Origin: a bacterium
Lineage (GTDB): Bacteria; Patescibacteriota; Dojkabacteria; JAKAPS01; JAJZLI01
Assembly (NCBI GenBank): GCA_021810605.1
Contig: JAJZIL010000001.1
Span: 67,412-131,411, forward strand
Length of the DNA: 64,000 nucleotides
Direction of reading: 5' to 3'
The first letter of the stretch is position 1. Every line of letters begins with the position of its first letter. The position numbers and the translations under genes were made by a program. Under the pieces are notes generated by a model. That model searched no databases and was not told where the DNA came from. It was given only the letters and a program-made list of their open reading frames with translations. Shown piece after piece: positions 48,442 to 58,335 of the stretch.

Positions 48442-48987
48442 TTAGATGTTTTGTAATGTAGTTATAGTTTTTATTATTTGAAAATCCTCTCTAAGGACAG
48501 ACTTCATATTAGGATTATATAATCCTACTGCTGGATGATAAAGTGGAATAATTTTATATTTTCCATATTTAAAAACTTTGCCATGTATTTGAGATATTTT
48601 TCTATCTTTTAGGAATAATGAAGTAGAATATCTTCCGAGGGTACATATAAGAATAGGGTCAATTAATTTTATTTGTATTTTTAAATAAGGGGAACAGGCA
48701 TTGATCTCATCTTCTTTAGGATCCCTATTTTGAGGTGGTCTACATTTTACTATATTTGTAATAAATATATCTTCTCTTTTAAGATTTATACTTTCTAACA
48801 ACTCATCAAGAATTTTTCCTGACCTTCCACAAAAAGGTATTCCTTCTCTATCCTCATTCTCTCCTGGAGCTTCTCCTATAAAGAATATTTTAGAGTGAAT
48901 ATTACCTTCTCCTGGTACTGCATTTTTTCTATCTTTGCATAAGTTACACTTATTGCAGTTAATAATTTCTTTTCTTATCTTATCCAT
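48442..48987 (-). CDS. uracil-DNA glycosylase, family 4
   Basis: CNKCNLC ... GEGN ... IFFIGEAPGENED ... GIPFCGRSGKILDELL is the family-4 UDG motif set. Confidence 0.85.
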   Translation of the reverse strand: MDKIRKEIINCNKCNLCKDRKNAVPGEGNIHSKIFFIGEAPGENEDREGIPFCGRSGKILDELLESINLKREDIFITNIVKCRPPQNRDPKEDEINACSPYLKIQIKLIDPILICTLGRYSTSLFLKDRKISQIHGKVFKYGKYKIIPLYHPAVGLYNPNMKSVLREDFQIIKTITTLQNI

Positions 48988-50015
48988 TAATATCCAATAG
49001 GTAAGAATAGTTTTAAATTATCTTTATTGATCTCTACTAAATCTATCTTTTCAAGTAGAATCTTTTTAGCAACTCTTCTTCCAATATTCATAAGAACTCT
49101 CTCAAGTTCTCTTATTCCTGCCTCATATCCGAGAGGCCTTATTATATCAGCCCATATATCATCATCTATTTTTATTTGACTCTCAGATAACCCAATTTGT
49201 TTATATACCTTAGGCATTATAAAATCTTTAGCTATTTTTAATTTTTCATCATCTGAGTATGAAGAAAATCGTATAATTTCTAGCCTATCAAGTAGAGCTG
49301 ATGATATAGTTCCTAGATTATTTGCAGTTAGTATAAACATTACTTTTGATAGATCAATTGGAAAATCTATGTAATGATCTATAAATGATGAATTTTGTTC
49401 AGGATCTAATATCTCTAAAAATGTTGCCATTATAGCAGATCGGACACTTCCTTCATCTGAAATTTTATCAAATTCATCTAAGAGTATTACAGGATTCATA
49501 CTTCCAGCTCTAGCTATAGCTTTAATAATATATCCAGGTTCTGCATCTGGATTAACCTTTGACTGCCCTCTAATTTCTAATACTGAAGATATTCCGCCAA
49601 GAGCTATTCGTACAAAATTCCTATTTAGTGCTTCAGCGATTGATTTTGCAATTGTAGTTTTTCCAATCCCTTGTAATCCTACAAAACATAAAACTGGAGC
49701 AGGCTGATCTTTGTTAAAATTCATTGATGCAAGGTATTCTAGAACTCTCTCTTTGACATCATTCATTCCATAATGGTTTTTATCTAGAATTGATTTAGCA
49801 TTAGAAATATCTAAATTATCAGTAGTAATTGTATTCCAAGGAATTTGAGTGATCGTATCTATATATTTAGAAGCAACTTCATAGTCCGATGAATAGCTTT
49901 TAAATTTAGACATTCTCTCTAGTCTTCTTAATATTATTTCTGTATTTTCTTTAAGTGTATCTGGGAGAAAGTTATCTGTAACCTTATCTTTTAAATTCTG
50001 TATATCATCTGTCAT
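48987..50015 (-). CDS. Lon-like AAA+ ATPase module lacking both the N-terminal LON domain and the S16 protease domain
   Basis: Collinear with Lon residues about 250-600: YIDTITQIPWN ... HYGMNDVKERVLEYLA; Walker A GLQGIGKTT; LLDEFDK; ILDPEQNSSFIDHYIDFPIDLSKVMFILTAN; LLDRLEIIRFSSYSDDEKLKIAK. ORF ends right after the AAA module. Confidence 0.8.
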   Translation of the reverse strand: MTDDIQNLKDKVTDNFLPDTLKENTEIILRRLERMSKFKSYSSDYEVASKYIDTITQIPWNTITTDNLDISNAKSILDKNHYGMNDVKERVLEYLASMNFNKDQPAPVLCFVGLQGIGKTTIAKSIAEALNRNFVRIALGGISSVLEIRGQSKVNPDAEPGYIIKAIARAGSMNPVILLDEFDKISDEGSVRSAIMATFLEILDPEQNSSFIDHYIDFPIDLSKVMFILTANNLGTISSALLDRLEIIRFSSYSDDEKLKIAKDFIMPKVYKQIGLSESQIKIDDDIWADIIRPLGYEAGIRELERVLMNIGRRVAKKILLEKIDLVEINKDNLKLFLPIGY

Positions 50016-50018
50016 AAT

Positions 50019-50669
50019 TTAAAATATTCTTCCGATTAAATATCCAAGTAAAGCTGCAATCATACCAATTATCATTATTTCAAGCCCATTCTTTATTCTA
50101 GATTGACCTTTTTCTACTGTTTTTACAAGCCCTATTATAAGAAGTGTTAATGCAGATAAGATGATTGATAAAGGTAGAGCTATAGGTACTTTTAGAAATA
50201 TGTATGGAAGAGTTGGAATTATAGCTCCAATTAAGAATGATGCTCCCATAAAAATTGCATCTATTATTGGACTTACAATTTTATCAATATCTATTCCTAA
50301 TATCAGATTAGAGGCTATCTTTTTCCCAAATTCTGGATAATCTTTTATTATTTCCATAAATTTTTTGATATCAGATTTTTTCAATTTATCTTCAGTTAAT
50401 TCTTGTTCAATTAGAATTTCTGACATTTCTTTAGAATTCTTTGATTTTATCTCTAATACATCTTTTTGAGTTTTGGCTCCAAGATAAGTTCCTGTAGCCA
50501 TAGATATAGCACCTCCAACTCCTGCAGTTAGAGCTGATATTATTAGTATTCTAGTATCAGAAACATATGCAAGTGTTGTAGTAAGAATAATTGTTGTAAC
50601 TAGTCCATCTTGTATTCCAAATACGATCTGTTTGATTTGAAATATAAGACTATCTTTAAGTTTTGACAT
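50019..50669 (-). CDS. VIT1/CCC1-family membrane protein (putative Fe/Mn transporter)
   Basis: GIQDGLVTTIILTTTLAYVS ... core and five TMs consistent with PF01988. Confidence 0.65.
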   Translation of the reverse strand: MSKLKDSLIFQIKQIVFGIQDGLVTTIILTTTLAYVSDTRILIISALTAGVGGAISMATGTYLGAKTQKDVLEIKSKNSKEMSEILIEQELTEDKLKKSDIKKFMEIIKDYPEFGKKIASNLILGIDIDKIVSPIIDAIFMGASFLIGAIIPTLPYIFLKVPIALPLSIILSALTLLIIGLVKTVEKGQSRIKNGLEIMIIGMIAALLGYLIGRIF

Positions 50670-50829
50670 GATATAAATATATCATAATTTACTCTAAAAA
50701 TAAATTTTATATATTTTAGTTTTATGCTAATAATAAATGTTATTTTTAAGTATTAAGTATTATTTTTTACAGATTTTTATTAATATGATATACTTATTCT
50801 TAATTTATATAGTAATATTAGGTAATTAT

Positions 50830-51807
50830 ATGGCAGCACAATCTGATTTTTTAATAGCAATACATCAAATAGCCTCTGAAAGGGGTATAGAGACTCAAGA
50901 TGTTATTGAAGCTGTAAATGAAGCTCTAGCTGCTGCATATAGAAAGGATTATTCTGTTGAAGAGGAAGATGTAGTTGAAGCAAAAATAGATGATAATACA
51001 GGAGATTTCAAAGTTACTGTTAATGGAAAAGATTCTACTCCAAAAGATTTTGGAAGAATTGCATCTCAAACTGCAAAACAGGTAATTTTACAAAAAGTAT
51101 CTGAGACTGAAAGAGATACATTACTATCTCAAATAGAAAAAAGAATAGGTACCTTAGAGATGGGAACTGTACAAAGGTTTGATGGACAAAATATTGTTGT
51201 AGAGGTAGGAAAGATTTCTGCTATTATGCCTCAACAAGAACAAATTTATGGAGAAATTTTAAGACCAGGTACTAAAATCAAAGTTTATTTAAAAGAAATT
51301 CAAGAATTTCCAACAGGTGGAAGAAAACTTATTGTATCTAGATCCTCTGATCTTTTTATTAGAGCTTTATTTGAAAATGAAGTTCCTGAAATTTCAAACT
51401 CTACAGTTATAATAAAAGATATTGCAAGAGAAGCTGGGTCTAGGACAAAAGTTGCAGTATTTTCTGATGCTCAAGGAATAGATCCAATAGGTGCTTGTGT
51501 AGGTCAACGTGGAATGAGAATTATTGCTATGACTAATGAACTAGGAAATGAAAAAATTGATATTATTCTTTGGGATGAAGATTTAGAAAAGTATATAAAA
51601 AATTCTCTTTCTCCAGCAAAACCAGTTGCACTAAAGTTTGATAAAGAAGAAAAACATGTAATAGTAATTGTTCCTGATGACCAATTATCTTTAGCTATAG
51701 GTAAGGATGGACAAAATGTTAGATTAGCTGCAAAGCTTACCTCTTGGAGTATAGATATAGAATCTGATGGTATAAAATCTGAAGAAGAGCCTTCTTTAGA
51801 AAAATAA
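50830..51807 (+). CDS. nusA: transcription termination/antitermination factor NusA
   Basis: MAAQSDFLIAIHQIASERGIETQDVIEAVNEALAAAYRKDY matches the NusA N-terminal domain, followed by S1 and KH regions; start set at ATG 50830 (AGGTAA upstream) rather than 50737. Confidence 0.85.
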   Translation: MAAQSDFLIAIHQIASERGIETQDVIEAVNEALAAAYRKDYSVEEEDVVEAKIDDNTGDFKVTVNGKDSTPKDFGRIASQTAKQVILQKVSETERDTLLSQIEKRIGTLEMGTVQRFDGQNIVVEVGKISAIMPQQEQIYGEILRPGTKIKVYLKEIQEFPTGGRKLIVSRSSDLFIRALFENEVPEISNSTVIIKDIAREAGSRTKVAVFSDAQGIDPIGACVGQRGMRIIAMTNELGNEKIDIILWDEDLEKYIKNSLSPAKPVALKFDKEEKHVIVIVPDDQLSLAIGKDGQNVRLAAKLTSWSIDIESDGIKSEEEPSLEK

Positions 51808-51947
51808 AAATTCTAATTATCTTATTTTTCTATAAGTAAAGGAATTTTTAAATTATAATAGTCCCAGATGTTAATAGTTTTCTTCAGTATATAATACTAT
51901 GATTTTTTGTTTTAATGGCTTTTTGATGCTATACTAAGCATATATAT

Positions 51948-53447
51948 ATGAGTAAAAAAGTAAAAGAGATACAATTACGAAGACCTCCTGTTATTACAAT
52001 AATGGGACATGTTGATCACGGGAAAACCTCTATTTTAGATGCTATAAAAGGATCTGATGTAGTTGCAAAAGAAGCAGGAGGAATTACTCAGAATATTACT
52101 GCATTTGATATAAATTTTAAAGGTAGACATCTTACTCTTATAGATACCCCTGGGCATGAACTCTTCTCGAATATGAGGAAAAGTGGTGTTCTAATGACAG
52201 ATTTAGTACTTCTCATTATCGCAGTAGATGATGGAATTATGCCTCAAACAAGGGAAGTAATTCAAATAATAAAAGATAATAATCTTAAAACAATTGTAGT
52301 TTTTAATAAAATTGATCTTCCTTCTAATAATATTACAAAGATAAAGTCAGATTTAGCAAGGGAAGGTATTTTATTAGAAGGATATGGGGGAGATATTCCT
52401 TTTCAAGAAGTTTCAGCAAGATCAAAAATAGGTATTGATGATCTAATAGATCTTATTTTTCTTCAATATGATCTATTAGAAGATATATATACTCCTGAGA
52501 ATACAAACTCACTAGTAGTTTTAGAATCATATAAAGATGCTCATGTAGGTAATATAAGTCTGTGTATTGTACAGAATGGAGAAGTAAATGTAGGGGAATA
52601 TATTTATTCTTTACAAAAAGGAGAGTTAGGTAAGATTAGGTCTTTAAAAAATGATAAGATGGAGAGCATAAAAGAAGCAACTGAATCTGCTCCTATATAT
52701 TTATCTGGACAAAAAGATTTTTTGAATGTAGGAGATACAATAATCTTTTCAAAATCTAAATTGAATATAGAACCTCAACAAACTAATCTAATAGAGCAAA
52801 TTGACGAATTTAATGAAGAAGATTTATTTGCAGAAAAAAGTGAAGTTAAAAAGCTTTCAATTATTCTTAAATCAGATACTGTAGGTTCTCTAGAGGCTAT
52901 TGTTTCTGCTTTAGAAAGTATTGAACTTAATAATATCAATATTGATATATTTAAAAAAGATTTAGGAGATATATCTGAAGAAGATCTAAATACTGCAAAA
53001 GATACACATTCCATAATAATAGGATTTAATATTAAAGCTAGTCCTAGAATTAAAAAAATTGCTCAAAGTATGCATATAGTTCTTATGATATATGATATTT
53101 TATATAGATTAGTTGAAGATGTTAAGGATGCAGCAGAATCACTTATTCCTCCAGAATATATAGAAATTGATAATGGAAGAGCGGAAATTAAACAGGTTAT
53201 AACTCTATCAAATAAATCTATAGTTCTAGGATCTCTTGTTTTTGAAGGAAAAATCTTAAATTCTTCTAAATGTAAGATATTAAGAAAGGATGAAGTTATC
53301 TTTGAGGGAAAAATTACCTCGTTAAAACATTTAAAAAATGAAGTTAAAGAAGTTGCTACTGGTACAGAATGTGGTATAATAGTGTCTCATAGCATTGATG
53401 CTATGGAAGGAGATATAATAGTATCCTACATAGTTGATAAAGTGTAA
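51948..53447 (+). CDS. infB: translation initiation factor IF-2 (short form beginning at the G domain)
   Basis: ITIMGHVDHGKTSILDAI (G1), DTPGHE (G3), NKIDL (G4); conserved nusA-infB order; only 499 aa. Confidence 0.9.
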   Translation: MSKKVKEIQLRRPPVITIMGHVDHGKTSILDAIKGSDVVAKEAGGITQNITAFDINFKGRHLTLIDTPGHELFSNMRKSGVLMTDLVLLIIAVDDGIMPQTREVIQIIKDNNLKTIVVFNKIDLPSNNITKIKSDLAREGILLEGYGGDIPFQEVSARSKIGIDDLIDLIFLQYDLLEDIYTPENTNSLVVLESYKDAHVGNISLCIVQNGEVNVGEYIYSLQKGELGKIRSLKNDKMESIKEATESAPIYLSGQKDFLNVGDTIIFSKSKLNIEPQQTNLIEQIDEFNEEDLFAEKSEVKKLSIILKSDTVGSLEAIVSALESIELNNINIDIFKKDLGDISEEDLNTAKDTHSIIIGFNIKASPRIKKIAQSMHIVLMIYDILYRLVEDVKDAAESLIPPEYIEIDNGRAEIKQVITLSNKSIVLGSLVFEGKILNSSKCKILRKDEVIFEGKITSLKHLKNEVKEVATGTECGIIVSHSIDAMEGDIIVSYIVDKV

Positions 53448-53478
53448 AATTTTCTGCCCATTGAATTTTAATATTTAA

Positions 53479-54582
53479 ATGGATAAAGAAAATAATTTAG
53501 AAAATATTATAAACTTAAGTACTAAAATTCTTTTAGTTACAAATACAAGACCGACATTAGATAGTATTGCTTCTATTTTCTTAATGTGGCATTTTATTAC
53601 TGTAAATTTTAAAAAAACAGTAAATATATATATACAAAATTTCCCATATAGGTTTGAGTATCTTTTTAATTACTCAATGTTAGAGCAAAAAGATATCATT
53701 ACTCAATTTTTAAGAGAATATAAGCTTTCAATAAAGAAACAAAATATAGTTATAGATCATGTTAAATATAATACAGATAAAGATAATTTTAATTTCTCTA
53801 TATCTTTAAAAAAAGGTGCATTAGAACTATCAAGTATAGATTTAAAAAAAGCATCTTTTGAATATGACCTTATTATAACTTTAGATACTGAAAATTTAAA
53901 TTTTTTAGGTGATATATATAAAACATATAAATCTGATTTTGAAAGTAATATTAAGATTATAAATATAGATAGTCATCCAGGGAATCTGAAATATGGAGAT
54001 TTAAATATAATATCTGAAGAATATTCTTCTACATCAGAGATAGTTTTTAATATTATGTCTGAATATAACAGTATTATGTCTAAGAAAGAGTATCAACTTG
54101 TTTTAATGAGTATTCTTTCAAATACTGAAAATCTTTCATCACAATATATATCAATGAAAACTTTTCAAAATTTATCTTTACTTCAATCAATCGGAGGAAA
54201 TTTGAAATCATCTCTCTTAGAGATTAACTCTCCTTCAAGTATTGAAGATTTAAAAGTTAAAGCTAACATACTTAAAAATATATCTGAGTATAAAAATAAT
54301 TCTAAGAACTATATATATTCAATAATAAGTAAAGGAGAGATAATGTCTTCATACCTTAATGATATAGTAATAAAAGATATAGATTTGGTATGTATTGGTA
54401 TTAAGTCTAAAATTGGGTTGAAAATATATATAAAAGATTTGAAAAATGTATTAACAGTAAAACTTTTGATTGAATATTTTGAAGATGTAAAGTATGATCA
54501 AGGAGTATATATTTTTAGTTCTAGTGAAAATAATATTGAGAATATTTTAGAAAGAATATCTAAAATTAAACCTGTTTCATAG
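53479..54582 (+). CDS. DHH-family (NrnA-like)-related protein with degenerate catalytic motifs
   Basis: ILLVTNTRPTLDSIASIFLM parallels the DHH motif I region (IVIVSHxxPDGDALGS); IITLDTEN occupies the DHH motif position (DHH replaced by DTE). Confidence 0.4.
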   Translation: MDKENNLENIINLSTKILLVTNTRPTLDSIASIFLMWHFITVNFKKTVNIYIQNFPYRFEYLFNYSMLEQKDIITQFLREYKLSIKKQNIVIDHVKYNTDKDNFNFSISLKKGALELSSIDLKKASFEYDLIITLDTENLNFLGDIYKTYKSDFESNIKIINIDSHPGNLKYGDLNIISEEYSSTSEIVFNIMSEYNSIMSKKEYQLVLMSILSNTENLSSQYISMKTFQNLSLLQSIGGNLKSSLLEINSPSSIEDLKVKANILKNISEYKNNSKNYIYSIISKGEIMSSYLNDIVIKDIDLVCIGIKSKIGLKIYIKDLKNVLTVKLLIEYFEDVKYDQGVYIFSSSENNIENILERISKIKPVS

Positions 54583-56620
54583 AGAATTTTAGTCTTCCTT
54601 GATCATCTTCTCCTATAACTTTAACTGTCACTTCTTGTCCTTCTTTTACTATACTGTTAGCATCTTTAACAAAATCATTGGACATCTCAGATACATGTAC
54701 TAGCCCAGATATAGATGGAGTAATATTAACAAATGCTCCGAAATTCATTATTTTAGAGACTTTTCCTTTATATATTCCTCCAATTTCTAATTCTTTTACA
54801 ATTGCAGAAATCATTTCTATTGCAATTGTCTTACTTTCCTCAGATATTGTTGCAATTGATACAACTCCATCATCGGATATATCTATTTCAGCTCCAGATT
54901 TTTCAATTATATTCTTTATAACTTTTCCACCAGGACCAATTAACTCTCCTATCTTATCTTGTTTAATTTTCATTACTTCTATTTGAGGTGCATATGCAGA
55001 GATTTTATCTCTAGGAGAATCAATAACTTTTAGCATCTCAGAAAGAATAAATTCTCTTGCTTCTTTTGCCTGTTTTAATGCTTTTCCTAGTATTTCTACT
55101 GGAATACCTTTTAGCTTATTATCCATTTGAAGAGCTGTTATTCCATTTTTTGTTCCTGCTACTTTAAAATCCATATCTCCAAAATGATCCTCTGGGCCTT
55201 GAATATCAGTAAGTATTACATAATCTTTTTGACTCTCTTCCTTTATAAGTCCCATAGCAATTCCAGATACTGGATTTTTAATTTTTACTCCTGCAGCCAT
55301 TAAAGATAGGGTAGATCCACATACTGATGCCATAGAAGATGATCCATTTGAAGATAGTGTTTCTGATACCACTCTTATTGCATAAGGAAATTCTTCAGGA
55401 TCAGGAATCTGTTTTTCTAAAGCTCTTTCTGCTAATGCACCATGTCCGATATCTCTTCTTCCAGGATAGTAGAGATTTCTACTTAACTCTCCAACTGACC
55501 AACCAGGGAAGTTATAATGGTGGAGATATCTTTTTGTTTCTTCTCCATCTATACTTTCAATTGTTTGCTGTTGTTTTAAAGGAGCTATAGTTGCTACTGA
55601 AAGAACTTGAGTCTCTCCTCTTTGAAAAAGAGCAGAACCATGAGTTCTAGGTAATATATCTATATCGATTGTAAGTTTTCTTACTTCATCAAATTTTCTT
55701 TTATCAGGTCTAATTTTTTTATTTAAAATACCTTCACGAGTAGTTTTGCGAGTAAGATACTCAATTGCTTCACTAATCTCTCCTTCTTCAAAGTCTTCTA
55801 AAAACCTTTCTTTAATTCTATGATGTAGATGTTTATCATTCTCATTCCATATTGAATCTTCTATCTCTTTATAGAATTCTTTTTCTACTAATTTTAGTAA
55901 ATCTTCAGATATTTTTACACTCTTATATTCTAATTTAGAAATATTTGCCTCTTTAAGAAAATCTTCTTGAAGTTTAATAAAATCCTCAGAAGATTTTTTC
56001 CCAAATTCAATAGCTTTTATCATTGTATCTTCTAATATACTATCAGCACCAGATTCAATCATTGATATAGAATTTTTAGTTGCAGATAATGTTAGATTTA
56101 AAGGAAGTGAATTTATTATATCTACAGAAGGATTAAGTATAAATTCATTATCTTTTAATCCTATACATACAGAGCCAACAGGGCCTTCTATGGGTATTCC
56201 TCCTAACATTAATGCTAGAGAAGATGCATTAATTGCAAGGATTCCTGGATCATTTAATTTATCATAAGATAAAACATTAACTACTAATTGAACTTCATTT
56301 CTAAAATCTTCACTAAATAATGGTCTGAGTGATCTATCTATTATTCGAGCCTTGAGAATCTCATCAGTAGAAGGTCGACCTTCTCTTTTTATAAATCTAG
56401 ATGAAGATATAATTCCACTTGCATATAATTTTTCTAAATATTCAACAGTCAGAGGGAAAAAATTTATATATTCATCTTTTTCTTTAGTTACAACTGTTGC
56501 GAGAACTACAGTATCTCCGGCAGTCGCAAGAACTGAAGAAAGTGCTTGTTGTGCTAATCTGCCAGTTTCAAAAGAATATTTCACATTGGCAATATTAGCT
56601 TCTTTTTTTATTACACTCAT
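54566..56620 (-). CDS. pnp: polyribonucleotide nucleotidyltransferase (PNPase)
   Basis: Two RNase PH domains, KH region and C-terminal S1 domain (GKVSKIMNFGAFV...); classic rpsO-pnp pairing. Confidence 0.95.
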   Translation of the reverse strand: MSVIKKEANIANVKYSFETGRLAQQALSSVLATAGDTVVLATVVTKEKDEYINFFPLTVEYLEKLYASGIISSSRFIKREGRPSTDEILKARIIDRSLRPLFSEDFRNEVQLVVNVLSYDKLNDPGILAINASSLALMLGGIPIEGPVGSVCIGLKDNEFILNPSVDIINSLPLNLTLSATKNSISMIESGADSILEDTMIKAIEFGKKSSEDFIKLQEDFLKEANISKLEYKSVKISEDLLKLVEKEFYKEIEDSIWNENDKHLHHRIKERFLEDFEEGEISEAIEYLTRKTTREGILNKKIRPDKRKFDEVRKLTIDIDILPRTHGSALFQRGETQVLSVATIAPLKQQQTIESIDGEETKRYLHHYNFPGWSVGELSRNLYYPGRRDIGHGALAERALEKQIPDPEEFPYAIRVVSETLSSNGSSSMASVCGSTLSLMAAGVKIKNPVSGIAMGLIKEESQKDYVILTDIQGPEDHFGDMDFKVAGTKNGITALQMDNKLKGIPVEILGKALKQAKEAREFILSEMLKVIDSPRDKISAYAPQIEVMKIKQDKIGELIGPGGKVIKNIIEKSGAEIDISDDGVVSIATISEESKTIAIEMISAIVKELEIGGIYKGKVSKIMNFGAFVNITPSISGLVHVSEMSNDFVKDANSIVKEGQEVTVKVIGEDDQGRLKFSMKQV

Positions 56621-56910
56621 TTTTTAAGACCCAATCTTTTAATTAACATGGAATATCTTTCTTGATCTTTTGATTCAAGAAAAGCTAGAATTCTTCTTCT
56701 TTTTCCAATAAGTTGAAGTAATCCTCTTCTAGAGTGGTTATCTTTCTTATTTAATTTAAGATGTTCTGACAATTGAAGTATTCTCTGAGTGAATAATGCA
56801 GCCTGTACCTCAGGAGACCCATTATCACCATCATGAGTTGCAAAACTCTTAATTATTTTGTCTCGACTATTTTTTAAAAAGTCGATATCCTCATTGATTT
56901 TTTTAACCAT
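56617..56910 (-). CDS. rpsO: 30S ribosomal protein S15
   Basis: GSPEVQAALFTQRILQLSEHLKLNKKDNHSRRGLLQLIGKRRRILAFL matches the S15 consensus. Confidence 0.9.
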   Translation of the reverse strand: MVKKINEDIDFLKNSRDKIIKSFATHDGDNGSPEVQAALFTQRILQLSEHLKLNKKDNHSRRGLLQLIGKRRRILAFLESKDQERYSMLIKRLGLKK

Positions 56911-57053
56911 TTTTTGATCAAATAAAAATAATACCTAATTGGGTATATTTAATTATAAAATATTTAGTAAAAGAAGCTTTCTATATCTGATACTAACACA
57001 AATTCTGAATAAAAGTCAAAACATCACAATTATCCCTATATATATTTTATTTG

Positions 57054-58019
57054 TTAAGGTGCACAACTCCACCTCCATATCTGTTTTTCAGATATTAATT
57101 TAGCCATTTCAGCTATTTGAGCATAAGGATTTCCAATTCCATAGGATATATAAGGGTTTATTTTTTTGTTATAAAAGGTATTCGGCATAAACTGAGCTAT
57201 TCCATAAGCCCCAGATGACTGTGAATTTGGTATTTCAGGTTCAAACTGACTTTCACATTTAATTATATTTACCATTATTGATGAACTTACCTTATAATAA
57301 GAAGCAGCCTTATTTATGAAATATATATATGCACTCTCTCCTACAGGATATCTTGATGTGGTATTAGGAATACTTAATATATTTCCCAAATTTTTAGAAA
57401 TACTATTTTTTGTTGATTGTTCAAAATTAATATTTAGTACTTTCTGAGCATAAGGTATAGATAGAAGATCAATATTACTTATTTCTTTTGGATTGATTTT
57501 ATCTGTATCTATTTCTATTGATTCTCGATCTGCAATGCTCTCCATTATTGGAACCACATCCATATTTAGGGTAGTATCAATTATATTATTTTTATGTGAA
57601 TAAAAATTTTTTCCAACTGTGTTAGCTTGTGATTCAATATATATTCCAAAAGTTCCAGGAATTGATATTAATGTTGCAAATACTAGACTACTTACTCCAT
57701 GCTCTTTTACAAAAGCTCGAATTTTATTCCTAATAGATACTCTATCAGATTTAGTAAGGTTACTTCCAACAGCTTTATCATGAATTCTATCTAAAGAATC
57801 TTTTATAGTATTTGTTGGACTAGTTTCCAGATTGTGAACTGCACAAAAAAAGGCATAAAGTGTCTCATTACTGAGGACTCCTTCTTCAGCAGCTGAGGAT
57901 ACTCTTCTTGTAGAAAGCGATAATAAATCTATTTCGTCTGCTACAAGATGATTACCCTCCATGACAACAGTGAACTCATCTTGAGTATCACCGTGTTCGA
58001 AAGTTTTTCTTTCGATCAT
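57054..58019 (-). CDS. lytic transglycosylase (SLT domain) protein
   Basis: C-terminal CESQFEPEIPNSQSSGAYGIAQFMPNTF = SLT catalytic E-S ... G-(L/I)-(M/A)-Q motif. Confidence 0.65.
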   Translation of the reverse strand: MIERKTFEHGDTQDEFTVVMEGNHLVADEIDLLSLSTRRVSSAAEEGVLSNETLYAFFCAVHNLETSPTNTIKDSLDRIHDKAVGSNLTKSDRVSIRNKIRAFVKEHGVSSLVFATLISIPGTFGIYIESQANTVGKNFYSHKNNIIDTTLNMDVVPIMESIADRESIEIDTDKINPKEISNIDLLSIPYAQKVLNINFEQSTKNSISKNLGNILSIPNTTSRYPVGESAYIYFINKAASYYKVSSSIMVNIIKCESQFEPEIPNSQSSGAYGIAQFMPNTFYNKKINPYISYGIGNPYAQIAEMAKLISEKQIWRWSCAP

Positions 58020-58335
58020 AGGCTTATCTTCTAATCTAAATTTAAAGAACCTGACATTTTATATGACTTATAATATTTTGTCAAGTATTAAGTGTGTTGA
58101 AAAATTTTTTAATGTTATTTGTATTTTTATTGTGAGAGTATTATTTTCTGATACAAATAGAGATGTATATTCAAAGTAATACAGTAGGAGTTCTAAAAGA
58201 TCTAGATTAAAGTTTTAGGTATAAAGAGGTTGAGAAATATTTAATTAAAGATAATATTATTTTTACTCAAATAGGGTAGAAAGTATGTGATCATATCTAG
58301 ACAATTAAAACTTTCTCTGTTAGTATTTTTGTATA

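Noticed and set aside
50737-50829. Hydrophobic N-terminal extensions on nusA (50737), ndh (34169) and the AAA ATPase (35540) in the ORF track
   Set aside because: Homology begins exactly at internal Met codons (nusA MAAQSDF with upstream AGGTAA). The upstream segments are low-complexity read-through of AT-rich leader.
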